A DNA stretch of 64,000 bases from Lingula anatina (Eukaryota > Animalia > Brachiopoda): positions 52,492,788 to 52,556,787 of the forward strand of contig CM120640.1 in assembly GCA_051362555.1 (NCBI GenBank), written 5' to 3'. Positions 26,842 to 39,626 of the stretch are shown piece after piece. The notes below the pieces were generated by a model. That model was not told where the DNA came from. It searched no databases and saw only the letters and a program-made list of their open reading frames with translations. A program made the position numbers and the translations under genes. Numbering within the stretch: position 1 is the first letter of the stretch; each line of letters begins with the position of its first letter.

Positions 26842-28691
26842 GAGTAGGCCTATGTTATATTTTTTATTTTTTAAATGTTTTCCCTATTTTTATTCTCCCT
26901 ATTTTTATTCCTCCTAAAACCACCAAATGAGGAAAACAAACTTTAAAGTGACGTGTAGTGGTGTAAGACGCGAAGCTATGTGTTCATTTTTAGTTGGAGG
27001 TGAACGGGAGTAAAGACGTGAACTCGGAGAAAAAAGTAGTTTTTCTAACAACACGGTAAGATAACAATTTATCTTTATGCATTTGGGACAGGGATACTTG
27101 TAGAAATAATTAGAGCATGATATGAAAACGTGTCACGGATTTTAAGGGTGAAAAATTGTGCTTAATTTGCAGACAATTTGTTTTGAAATATATGCAGCAT
27201 CGACCGCCGTCGCAACAAAGCGTCAAGAGAAAATAATTCCCGGGAGGCTATTAATCGTTGTCATGTGGAATTTTGCATGTATGCAATCTATTACGCCCAT
27301 ATCTAAGTATTTTTGGGTGTTTTATGGTATGTGCTGCAATTATAACGATGTTTTAGAGTCTTTGAAGGACCTTGTGAAAACCAGGAAGTAGTTCGCAACT
27401 GACAACTGAACCGTACTGATCCACGACTGCTGTGCAAAGTTGTATCTTTTTTAAAATATTGTGACAATTTTAGACGTCTATATGTCCATCTGACATGAAA
27501 TTCCACACATAATCACACTTATTCACCTATTACACCGAGGTAGGCACTAATCAGTGACAAATGCTAAGACAAAGGTGACGTTCTGACAGCCTCTTATCTG
27601 AGCTAAAAAAATAATAAATGAAAATAAAATTCCTGAACTGCCATTATGTAATGGCAGTCTCTCCAAAAAACCTCACTAGTTTTGTATTACCTCGCTCCTA
27701 TAGTGTCCAATATCAATTAAAGTTTTTTTGGCAAAATGGTAACTTCCCAAAATCCGATATAACTTATTTTCATTGTGCATGTTGGCATTTTATACTAGTT
27801 AAACCTTAAAATCGTATATATATGCAATTTGCCATTGTAATATTGTTTGCCATGGCAATAGTGGCGTTGTACTTGTTAACTATTCTACTTAAATTCATAT
27901 ATTGAGTACCAAGAGTGTCTCCCACTTCATATTCAGTTTAAAAACTCATGATAATATGTAAAAAAAAATATTCAAACTGTTACCATAGAAACAGACATCA
28001 TAATGGCAGTTTCCATAGCACCAGATGAATTAGAAACCATTATTTTTGTTTTTAATGATGGCGTATTTTTAGCGTCATTTTCATCCAGAAGTAGCCTTTG
28101 GACAGTGATTTTGAAGCCTTAAAGTTGAAGAATAAAAAATAGTATTGATTGCTATTGAAATTTTGCAACGGTTGCCATGGAAATAAGGATAAATTTCAGA
28201 AAATTATATATTTTATAATCAGGCATGTGTAGAAAGGTTCGATATGTACTCCGTTTAATACAAAGTTTGTTGAGTTTGAGCCCTTGCTTATTTCCCACCC
28301 ATTTTCCTGCCATTTTGATGGATGACACCTTTCATCTCTAATTTTTCTTGCGTTTTTTTAAATTTTGTTTTATCATTTTATTTTTGTTCGTTGGGAAAAG
28401 CTCAAGTTCAGAGGCTTTGTATTAAAAGGCTTTGCATTAAAAGACGTTATTTAAAAGAATTTTTAAAAAGGCAATAGACAGATTTTTCGAAACAGATTTA
28501 TTTTCTTGAAAAAACAGCATGTAGCAGGTTTGCGGCGTTCACGCACATCGGAATGATTTTATACTTCATAAGAGAACATAAACAGCAACAAGAAAAGTGT
28601 AAAGATGTAGTTATACGTCAATGGCACCATTTTGACTATTAAATACAATTAATCAGTGTCCTAACACATGCTAGTTGTGTTTTCACGTCAT

Positions 28692-29386
28692 TTAACCACG
28701 CCATCCACCGCCGAATCCACCACGTGTACCGAAACCACCATGATTTCTACTGCCAAACCCACCGAAGCTACGTGGAGGGGGAGTGGGCGGTCGTCCATAT
28801 GTTCCTCTCCCTGTAATCTGCACGCAACACAGCTGTGTTCCTCTGCAGCGGCAATTTTGGTAATTGATCGTAATTGTTCCGGTGAAACCGCTGCCTGCGC
28901 AATTAGGATCAGGGTTACAGGTGTAACTCCCGCCAACATCCCACACACTGCGCTTTTGACGATCAAAATCATCGGCTAATTAAAATAGATAGATAAATAA
29001 GGTCAAAAGTCTTAAAATCACCTTAACCAAGCGTTAAGTACAATGAAGTACAAGAGAAAACTTAAAATATTTCAAAAGAAAGACTCCCACTATATTTATA
29101 ATTAGAAAATAAACGTAAATGTTTACATAGGTGTGTGTGTGTAGCAATTTTACTCAACATAAATGTTTTAAACATGATTTTTTGGCTTTAACTTGTTAAA
29201 ATATTTTGTGTTTGCTGGGATGATCTTTACAGACCTCGTCCATTCGAAACAGTTCTCTCATAATTCTATGTAATTATATACATGTACTACCGCATTAATA
29301 TATTTCTACTCACTTAAGGATGCGGCGCTGCACACAGTTGTCATTGCAACCAGGAACGCAAAGAGAGTGAAAACCTTGGTCTCCAT
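28692..29386 (-). CDS. Secreted prepropeptide, 118 aa: signal, acidic propiece, RQKR site, six-Cys domain, Pro hinge, Gly/Phe/Arg tail
   Basis: complement join(29386-29314, 28975-28692) with a phase-1 GTGAGT..TTAG intron. Translation begins METKVFTLFAFLVAMTTVCSAASLTDDFDRQKR/SVWDVGG and ends GGFGGGWRG*. A probable 5'UTR intron spans 29509-29395. Confidence 0.85.
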
Positions 29387-30768
29387 GAAGGTTCCTGTAA
29401 ATTACAAGTATAAAGAGCCAATTGTTTAAAAGCAGTAAGATGTTTACATTGTTATTTGGCCGGCAATATCTCGCAATTTGAGTGAAAAGAATAGCAATAT
29501 GGCACTTACTTTGTGGGATTTCTCGGCTGATGCAGGCAAAGCTGTATAAAAACGTCTTTTCACACAAATAAAAGGCTTGTAGTTAGTTCTGAAAATGTGG
29601 CTTAGCGTTGACATTTTATAGGTCAAACCAGGATGTTTTTCTGTATTGTTTCTAAGACGCTGCGCCTTCAAGTCAAGGACATAAGAGAGAGTCGGGCCCA
29701 TCCGCCTGGGAGAATTCTCAAGGCTTGGAACAACAAGGAGCCTAGGCATGTATTAAGTTAGGTAAAAAACAACCCCAGCGAAAGGAAAGAGAAAGCTAGC
29801 AAATTTAAATCTGACGCAATTAAAATTTACTCAACGTAAAGGAACATTCACCTTTACAGTAATGATGTTTTTGAAAGCGATAAAAAAGTTAACCAGCAGA
29901 AATTAATGTCTCTGTCTTATCCCTCTCTGTCTTATGTTGTCTTATCCCCCTTTAAAAAACACCTACAGTGTAGGCTGACTTCGAATCATTTTTTGTAAGC
30001 TAGGCAGAGTGCAAATGTACTCGTATACGTAGCTTCAGGATACAGTTTTGTGCCTGGATAACTTCCAAAGAGGAACTGGTAAGCAGAAAACAACACTACT
30101 TTTCTTGGAATTTGCTGCAAACGAAAAAACAAAAAACACGGATTTTCCTTCCAATACTTTTGGAAATGTTTTGCCGAATCTAATCCAGCAGTTTCGTGTC
30201 ATTTACTTTTTTCGTCCTAAATGAAGCACGGTGGGAGTCGTCTCACTGTAACTCTCTTTTAGTGAAAAAAATTATCGATACAACTCTTCCTTTCTGTCGC
30301 TCTCTGTCATTGGCCCTCTCAAACCGCTTTTTACGCTTTGTTTCAGAAATATCTATTTGAGAGTCCTATTGAGTGGGGAGGGGGGGGGGGAGGGGGGGGG
30401 AGGTAGGAATCACACTTCACTGGAAAGAAAATTATCAATTGCCAAATCAATGTAAATGAAACTTCATTCATATCTCATTGACAATGCGAGTAGAAAATCC
30501 TGAAAATCACGAATCACAGTCACGGGAACTGGGTACTTCACGGACAACGCTCAATAAATATGAACGTTTCATGCATCTCGCGATCGAGAAATGAAAAGTG
30601 ACCTTCACGAGTAACGAAAATATGCAGTGGGACCCTCTTCTTTATATAATCAAGACACATATACTATAGATATTAAGAATAAGTATAAGATCTATTTTAA
30701 GGTTGTATAGGGGATTTACTCGCCAAAATTATATACCGCAGAATTCTCCTGCTCACAAATTATTGTCC

Positions 30769-31120
30769 TGTAAGTTAGAAAGTTTCGAGGGGTTAAACAG
30801 TGCATGGCTGAAAATAGCCAACTGGAGACGGTCAGAGAGTGACCGCAGAGGTGTATAAATAGGGGCGCACTCTCAGACTATAGAGAGAGTAGCAGTATTA
30901 GTATAAGAGCATCGTTAGATCACTATTAGCAGGGTACTGAATTCTTCAAACTTAGATTTAGAGCACCTACTTACTAGTCATTGATTGTAACTTAGTTTCA
31001 ATAAACAGAAAGTGAATTTGCAAGAAAAAGTAACGTCGTCTGCTTTGGTTTCTTCGGGTGAAAAACGTAACAATACTGACATAGAATATATAACGTAAGA
31101 CTGGGGGATCTGAGAGGCGA
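30769..31120 (+). mobile_element. Possible retrotransposon LTR followed by a primer-binding-site-like sequence
   Basis: Starts TGTAAG, contains TATAAATA (~30855) then AATAAA (~31000), ends in cgtaaca/cgtaaga, and is followed by TGGGGG. No second LTR or internal ORF is present. Confidence 0.4.
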
Positions 31121-31220
31121 TAGCGCCAGTAGCTGTAGTAGGCGCGTTCGTATGAAAAATGGGCACTATCTCTATTGTTGTATTTGATAAAGTCTGCAAA
31201 ATGCAAGAAACAAGAGTCCT

Positions 31221-31289
<69 letters not shown>

Positions 31290-31374
31290 TTTTGAGATAA
31301 TTAAAATTTATAACAAAATCGTAAGGAAAAAAGGTCAAACCCAAGGTTGCAGTAAGATTGTGAATATAACACCC

Positions 31375-31650
31375 CATTTCCATAGATTTTTAGATCGATC
31401 TATCCCTGTGGGGAGTCTCACTAGATTACTGTCAGCTTGGCCGGCTTAAGCGTCTGTCCCGCCTACTAAAAGCTGTAATGGGGTAATTAACTATGGTGCC
31501 CGCTCGGCTGAGTGCAATTTAGCATGAACCCCCAGGGAGTTAGGTCGATCTAAAACTTAATCTTTAGATCGATCTAAATCTCTAAATCTCTTAGACTGCA
31601 TTCCCACATATTTTTAGATCGATCCATCCCCCTGGGGAGTCTCACTAGAA
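31375..31650. mobile_element. Harbinger-type MITE relative plus a partial second copy
   Basis: tttagatcgatc..ggggagtctcactaga arms, similar to 10633-10846. Confidence 0.55.
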
Positions 31651-32514
31651 TGGTATGCATATTTCTTTTTCAATAAAACGTACCTGGTAAATGGTTTTGC
31701 ACTTTTCAAAATACTCCTTCCCCTGTTAGTTCACTTTCCATCAAATTTCACCAAATTAGATAATGCAACTCAAAAATAAAAAGGTAAATTTACTTTACAT
31801 ATTAAGAATGGCATCATGTTCTTATACTAACTTTGGGATATTTTAAGGGCCTAGCGCAAGCAGGCATATCAGATGCTAACAATCTATTAGATTCTGAGAA
31901 ATTCGTTCCATTGTATTGCATTACACAAAAATCACTCTTACTCCTTGGTTTGCTTGTATTGGCGCGACACTACTGATCATTGTCGTGCAATAAACAGGTT
32001 TCAACTGTGCAATATTTTAATGGCGATTCCTTAGTGCATAACGCTGTCATTTAATGTGAAATAAAACAAAATTCTTTTGCTTCTTTTTATTTCATTTTAA
32101 TTAAACAACAAACAAAATAAATATTAGCTACATATGTGCTGCCCATTCAAAGATGTCAAGCTGCATTTTTCTTTATCAAATAGTGGAACTTACTGGATTT
32201 CTCTATCATAAAAGGTGTTTGCTGACAATAGATGCTTAATATGCCCCTTCTTCACCTTAAAAGTCATTATATACTTCTTGCAAACATTACTTAACATTTT
32301 TGCAAAAACAATTCCCTCCTGAATTACACACAAATAAAAAACAAGGCAGCAAAGCTGTCAAATGTACAGACAAAAAGCAGGAAATTACTATGCACAAAAT
32401 AGGCTACTGTCAATTCTGATGCAAAAGTACATTATGTTAAACTGCAAATTCAACATCAAATTTTAATTATGCTCAACAGTTAATACCAATGTAAGTAAAA
32501 TGTGTAACAAGCAT

Positions 32515-33210
32515 AAGGCTTCAGGCCCATGGGAGTTCAAGTTCACACTTTGAAAATGTATAACTTCCAGAAAAAGAAGCCAATAAGACTGCTTTTCCAA
32601 CTCAGGCTGCATTTTAGTCCTGTATTTCTTTTTTGAAAGTTTGGCAATCATAAGTAACATGGTTTTCCCATAATGGTCATCACGGCAGTAGCACCCAAAA
32701 TTGTGTTTTCTTCTATTCTGATGCCATATTACATAATGGTTAACAGCATAATGACCGTCAATTTTTAATAATAAAATATATGTATCATGGATTTTTAGAA
32801 AATGTGACTAGCATGGGTCTTCAAGCCCGTGGAACTTCAAAGTCACACCTTGAAAATGCCAATATGTGAAAAATTAAATTTTCACAAAAAACTGTTTAAC
32901 TGGCAGTAAGAATTACCAAACATTCTGCATTGCCTACTGAAGCTGTATTTTAGTCCCATGTTTCTTTCCTGTAAGTTTGAGAACAGTAAGTGACATGGTT
33001 TTTCTTAAATGGTCATCATGGGAGCAGTGCCCAAAATAGTTTTTTTTTTCAAATTTTGATGCAATATTACATAATGTTTAACAGCATAATGACCATCAAT
33101 TTTTAATAATAAAATATAAGTATCATGGATATTCAGAAAATGTGACTAGCAAAGGTCTTCAGGCCCATGAAACTTCAAAGTCACAACTTGAAAATGCCAA
33201 AATGTAAACA
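32515..33210. repeat. Degenerate tandem repeat, ~300-335-bp period, a little over 2 units
   Basis: 'cttcaggcccatg..ttcaaagtcaca.cttgaaaatg' recurs at ~32519, ~32820 and ~33157. Confidence 0.85.
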
Positions 33211-33589
33211 AGACAGCACTATTCTGAAATGTTTTTTTTTTTCCATTTTTAACAATTTTTTTAACATAAAACAAAATTAACAGGTTACTGCCATTTTTAT
33301 TCGCCCAACTAAGAAAATTGATGAGATGGGAAAATATCAATACAACAGTGTTAAATGTCCAATTTCCTCCATTCTGAGATTCTGAACATAGTGAATGATT
33401 GAATCTGACAAACTGCAATGATATGAGTTTATTTCCATTTTTGACACTATTACACAATACACAATAACAAGTTTACCATCATTTTTACATAATCAACTAA
33501 CAATGTTGTAAAGATGCAGGAAATGTCAAACAAACACTTTTACGTATCTTATTAGTTCAATAATGAGACTGTTTACATGCCTAAGAGTT

Positions 33590-34150
33590 GAATCTGAGAA
33601 AATGTGAAAAAACAGCATAACTTCTAAAATAATGCCCCGATTATGCTGATTTTCGAACTCAACCTGCGTTTTAGTAAGATTGACCACTCCTGTGAGTTTA
33701 ATGACAATTGGCCTATCTGTTTTTCTTATATTGTGTTTACAGTGTTGCATATATGCTGAAAAATGAAAAAACAGCATAACTACTAAAATAGTGGCCCGAT
33801 CATGCCGATTTTCGAACTTGGCCTGCATTTTAGTAAGATTGATTACTCCTGTGAGTTTCATGACAACAGGCCTAACGATTTTCCTTAAAATGTGTTTACA
33901 AGGTTGCATATATGCTGAAAAGTGAAAAAACAGCATAACTTCTACAATAATGGCCCGATCATGCTGGTTTTCGAACTTGACCTGCGTTTTATGAATATCT
34001 ATCAGCTCTGTAAATATAAAGCCAAAAAGTAAAACTGTCCTCCACTTATCGTGTTTACAAGGAAAGTGCACGGCGACGGCATCGGCGATGGCGACGACAG
34101 ACGCAGGTGATGGCAATATGTACAGACACATCTGTGTCTGTACATAAAAA
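33590..34150 (-). mobile_element. Truncated HINE/Helentron-like element with three ~160-bp tandem units
   Basis: The minus strand starts with a T run, the hairpin tatgtacagacac-agat-gtgtctgtacata and a cgccgt-type microsatellite, followed by the tandem units. Confidence 0.65.
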
Positions 34151-35070
34151 CACTCATACATGTTAATTTTTATTTGTTATAGTGTCACAGTATATATACT
34201 GTTATTTTCCAACATACTATTAAGTAATATTTCTGCATTCATGATGGCGTTTCCTGTGTACTTTAATACCACATTTATTATGCAACAATTAAACTACTTA
34301 AACAGTGAATTTCACTTATACAATACAAGTTGTATAACTTAACAAAAGACTCATACCTAACTTAACAACCATAAAATGTAAAAAAATAAGTTATTTTCTT
34401 CCAATAGACTTCATGTATCTTGTTATATTTGCATAATTGTGTAGTAGTTTGCTTTAAAGCAATTTGATTAAAAATAGATTTGTGCATGCAGTTAAAGCAA
34501 ATAACATAAAATCCGTTTATCGGGGACAACAATGATGAACATAGAAGAGTATTAACATTATTAGAACCTGAACTCTCAAAATAATATTTTACACCATTGC
34601 TCAAGATATTCCCTTCAATACCTTCTTGAATAAATATGGTTCACAGTGCCCATACATTTCCAACAAAAGAACAATATTTCCACTTACATTTTTATGTGTC
34701 AGATGACATAACATTTTTATAATTGCTGAGTAACACTTGCCAATTTAGCCAAATGCTAAAACTGACTTAAATTGGCTAAACAAAAAGGGCCTGATTTGAC
34801 TAATTTTAGTCAAATTAGATCCATTTGGATAACAAATTGACAAAAAAGTGGTGATTTGGCTAAGGGAAAAAATTGCTAGCGCTACCCCAGAATTGCATTA
34901 CAGTAGCAAGAGATACAACACAGAGAAAACTGGAAAAAGAGAAAGCACCCTTAACAACTACCATCCCAAACATATAATATTGCCCAGATGTAACAAAAGG
35001 CCCTAAAATATTCTCCAAAATCCTTTTGGGGTATTGAGTTTAGTTACCCCAATTTCTATCAAGGTCATAA

Positions 35071-36379
35071 TCAATCTTGTTTTCCTCCATTTTTGAGTTT
35101 TTTAATGTCAAATGTCACTTTCTTCTTTGCTTGACTATGGCCCGGGGAGGAAGGTAATAAGGGATGTGTTGGTTTGCTATCGAAGTGTTCCATCTCCATT
35201 GTGTCATCTGCATCATTGTCAAACTCAAGTCTCTGCGGCAACTTCAAATATCTCTCTCCTCTGCTAGAGGCCAATCTGTACATAATCACAAAGACCACAC
35301 AAGTCAATATGTTGGCTCCACACGTGATATACACAAAGTACATGGAGTGCCCTTTGATAAAATACCCCAAGAGGGGAGGAAAAAATAATTCTCCCAGGGC
35401 AGCTCCTACTACAAATACAGACGTTGCTTTCCCAGATAAGTGAATGTAGTTCTCTGCCCAGGATATTCCAGCTGGAAATATGGATGCTAAACCCATACCA
35501 TATGATGCTGTACTCAACCACATCACAATCTCATACTTTTCAGCAAAAAACATCATTATAGTTACAGAAAATGCAGATAGACCTAAGTCTAACACCAACA
35601 TCAGGGATGGCCTCATAAACTTGGAGATACAGATGGACAGACCCCTAGCAGCTGAGAGTGCACCATAGAACACGGTCACCAGCTGAACAGCACGCGGCTT
35701 GTCCCAGTGCAGGTCTTCATAAGCAAAAGTGGTGACCAATCCTCCAAATGAGATCTCTAAACCCACATACAAAGCATAGAATAGGAAAAGCAGAAACAGA
35801 AGCTGAAGTTTGAAGCACCATGGGTCCTTGCGTGTGTCAGATATTTCAATCTCTTCATTTTGAACCCTAGGTGGGTTTCTGTATTCACTACAGCATGTTA
35901 CCAGGAACAGTGCAGAACACAGCAGCAAGAAAATGCCTAGTCCAATGTAAGCATACTGCATTTTAGAAGCACTCTTTATGGTCTCCAACAACTCTTGTAT
36001 CCTGCCTCCTATTACTGAACTGTTGGTTTCCTTAGTAACATCAGAAATGTCATCAGATGCATGTGGTGTTACTGTTATATTAGAACTGTTGTCTTTATCC
36101 TCTCCTCTTGGGACTACAGAGTCAGAGGGGGACACAGTGTTGGGCAGCTGTTTTTGGGATGGTGTGGGTGTGGTAGCAAATTTAGTGTTAGCGGGGGAAA
36201 GGGTGGTGGGGGGAGTAATAGTAGTAGTAGTAGTAGTAGTAGTAGTTGTAGTGGCAGTTGGTGTAGTAGTAGGAGGAGGACGGGGAGAAGTAGTAGTAGT
36301 AGTGTGTGTGGTAGCAACTTTAGTGTTAGTGGGGGAAAGGGTTGTGGGGGGAGTAGTAGTGGTTGTAGTGGCAGTTGGT

Positions 36380-36412
<33 letters not shown>

Positions 36413-38354
36413 ATAGTCGAGGTGGCAGAGGTGGTTGTAGGGGGAGTGTGAGGGGTTGTATTGGTTAAAGTGGAAAAAATGGTTGCAGGGGTGGGAGTGG
36501 TTGTGGGGGGCCTGTTTGTTGTTAATTTCGTTTCAGAACTGAGAGGTTTACTTGGTGTTGCAGATGATGTGGATAAGAAATAAGCATTGGTGGAAGTGAT
36601 TGGATCTGACCAAACAGATATTTTCTTTGAATCTCTGGCCTTATGTAACTCATCTTTAACAATAGTGGCATCAGCAGCATTTGGTGATTGATTTTCACTT
36701 TCTGTTTTTTTTGGCTTTTTATGATGCTCAGTTGCAGGGGAGGAAAATAGTGTAGTCAGTTTAACAGTTGAGACTGTAGGAGTTGTTTCATTACTTATTG
36801 CATTCCTCTCCACTCTTTGAGAGACATCTGAATATATTTCTCTCTCTGACAGATTGTTTAAAACACTTATGTTGTTGGGTGGATGTGATAATAATGGCTC
36901 TGCTACAAGAGGTGCTAAAAACGCACCAATTCCAAATGCAAAATGCATGGCCTGCATATAAGGACCACTGTGCTTTCCCCATATACTGAGACAAAGTGCA
37001 TTTCCACCTGGAATAAAACATTAAGATATGATACATTTATGTTTAACTTACTTTGTATTTCATATATATATATATTTAACCATGCAGAACAACAAGGAAA
37101 TTAGAACTATCATGCATTAAAACTTCTTAGAGAACACTGTCAGTACTGTAGGGAAATGAAAAACAATTTTGTATTTCTTGAGTAATCCTGCTGTCACAGA
37201 CAGACAACAGACACACTGCCAAGAGACCATATTCACAGATACTACATTGTGAGTGAACAAAATACCTTAAAATAAAACTACAATATAAAGTCTCGACTAT
37301 GCAAGGTTTCATTAATTTCTTGAAAACTGCAAACTGACAAATTTCAAAAAACAAAATTTTCATAAGTTGTTCAAAAGAAAAAAAGATCCAAAAGACTTGA
37401 GATGATGGGGAAAGTTTTTATGGTTCATCCAAATAAATTATTCCCCTTATAGCTTAAAAACCAATTAAAATTTGGCAAAAAATTATTTAAATTTTTCTTC
37501 ATCTACCTTATTTTTAGTAGATCATCTTAAAATACGATGGCTTTGAAAAATTAGGTAAGAATACTATGCAGTGACATGATACCCTTATTTGTAAATATTA
37601 TCAAATTACCTGTGTCCAAGCATCCCATAGCTATACCTTGAGCAGCCATGGCAAATGCCAACAACCAGAGCTTCTTCACAAAAGGTAACAGGAAAGTAGC
37701 AACAGCAGTCAGCAACATGATGGCACTTAGGAACAGGTGGTGATTCATGTGATCAAACACTATTCCACCTAAGATTGACCCACCGAGATAGCCAGCTGAC
37801 CTGCCACTGAAGATGTAGCTTATATATTGGACAGTGGTTTGAACCTGTTCTCTCAAGTCTATGAGTGTTGGCCCTGGCAAGGCTATACATGCTCCCTGTA
37901 ATATAGGATGCATTTTATATTTTCAACAAACCAAAGAAACTACAATATTTCTGTGATAACTGCTTATTGATTTTAAAATGGCTAAATAACCAAATGGACA
38001 AAACAACATGCAAAAGATACAGGCAACTTGTTTCTTCCAACATTCATGTAAAAACCATACTGGGCTGCACACAAGCAGCACAAGCATGTAAAATAAGTAT
38101 GTGACTATTACAAGGTGCATTTCCAGCCAACCTTGGTGGACCTTATATACTGTAGAGACAAAGCTAGAGACCAGACCAAAGGTAGACCTAGCTTGACTGT
38201 AAATTTGTCTTGAGAGTGGTCTACTTACAAGTCCCATGAAGGCTATACAAAGGCTGACAGTCTTGAAATATCTGCCTTCACCTTTCTCCCAAGTTTTAAC
38301 TTTGTTAGTCAATAGAGATGCCCTGTCAAACATTACATCTTCGTCATCGGCCAT
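35071..38354 (-). CDS. MFS transporter, MFSD4/sodium-dependent glucose transporter 1-like, 782 aa, 3 coding exons
   Basis: complement join(38354-38229, 37895-37610, 37007-35071), 2349 nt open. Family motifs GPTLIDL, GCLDTGGN, MQAMHFAFGIGAFLAPL, YVGLEISFGG and ASIFP are present with many transmembrane segments. Confidence 0.9.
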
Positions 38355-38860
38355 GACTTTAAAAATTATAGATGATGGCTATGATTTTTTTTCTCCTAGA
38401 ATAAAAAAAACAGTCATTGTATAATATCTCAAGTTCTGAATTTTCTTTTAAATATGGAAGGTCTAACACATAAACAATTTGTTTACTAGTAAGGTCCTGG
38501 CAAGTTACATACTAGTATACAAATAGAGCAGCAACTTAACATGGTAGGTTAATAAATATAAATTTGTTACTAACAGCTGAACAAATCATACATTTATATA
38601 CAGTATTTAGATACAGTGTATGAATTGGACATACTGGTATCAATGTCTAGCTGCTACTGTGTCTGGCAAATCTTAACCAAAAGAGACCCAGGTCTAAGGG
38701 TTCTGAACATACACTGTACATATATACTGTCTAGATTGCAAGCAGTCACTGCACACTGTTTTCCTAACAATGAAAAGATATTCTGAAATCAGAATCAATA
38801 AAATGGGGCACTGCAACTGAAAAGAGTTCGAAAGCAATTTAGCCTTACTTGCACAATAAA

Positions 38861-38985
38861 TATTAGCACGAAAATTCATGCGTTAGCACTCCTATTGACG
38901 ATTCTGATATGTACTGTGTGCTAACACAGACAGTTCATATCAGAATCGACAATAGGAGTGCTAACACATGAATTTTCGTGCTAAA
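38861..38985. repeat. ~125-bp near-perfect palindrome
   Basis: ttagcacgaaaattcatgcgttagcactcctattgacgattctgatatg pairs with catatcagaatcgacaataggagtgctaacacatgaattttcgtgctaa. Confidence 0.9.
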
Positions 38986-39129
38986 TAAATATGTCTTTGT
39001 GAGCATCTGTTGGCCATTTCTGGTAGATCTACAGCTGTACTTATCACTAAAATATGTCATCCATTGTATTGTGAATAAGGCTGGCAGTGTGTGTGTGCGT
39101 GTGTATGTGTCAACACTTACACTCCAGTT

Positions 39130-39626
39130 CCGGTGTGGCGTGATAGACCCATGCCGTGACGAAACCGTTCTGCACATGCGCATTGAGGGTAGATTGAAAG
39201 AAGTAACTTCCAGTATGACGATGTCGTCCTAAGTAGGCGCTATGTTTGCACTGAACTATGATTTTCCAATTCATAATTCAGTGGTTTTCGTCATGAGAGA
39301 GTATGTATTTGATAATCTTATTACTACAGTATACGGGGGAATGTTGGAAGTGAGCTTTTGATCGTGACTGAACTGTTTTGCTCTGGGTGAAAAACGTGGC
39401 AGATCTAAGACTGGTAGTATAAATCTTTTCACTCTACAATGTTCTTTCAATTCAGAGTTCAGTCATTTTCACTAAAAAGAAATTGTGTGTTTGATAACTT
39501 TCTCTATGGGGAAATGTTGGAAATGTATGTGCAGCTACCTACTGTAAGTCAACAGACTGCTACCCCCGCGTGAATAATCCGTTAGAACGGTTTATTCACG
39601 ACGACGGTTTCTTCACGTGACACCGG
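39130..39626. mobile_element. Old TIR element upstream of the MFS gene
   Basis: Imperfect ~40-bp inverted ends ccggtgtggcgtga..aaaccgttct / agaacggttt..tcacgtgacaccgg. Confidence 0.5.

Noticed and set aside
26941-28333. Possible Kolobok-like element with repeated ttgccatgg motifs
   Set aside because: Probably repeat-derived, but I could not establish matching TIRs or TTAA flanks.
29235-29265. Extra micro-exon in the Cys/Gly peptide gene
   Set aside because: In phase 1 it introduces an immediate TGA; the two-exon model is already open.
29515-29524. kappaB-like site GGGATTTCTC near the peptide gene
   Set aside because: It is one mismatch from consensus and expected by chance.
30967-31449. 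ORFs with IYIYIY and poly-F/K
   Set aside because: They are (TA)n and homopolymer artefacts.
33526-34161. 211-aa repetitive ORF
   Set aside because: It reads through the tandem units of a non-autonomous element; the same repeat occurs at 3420-3720.
35978-36468. Poly-Val, poly-Ser and poly-Leu ORFs
   Set aside because: They are antisense or alternate frames of the ACT repeats encoding poly-Thr.
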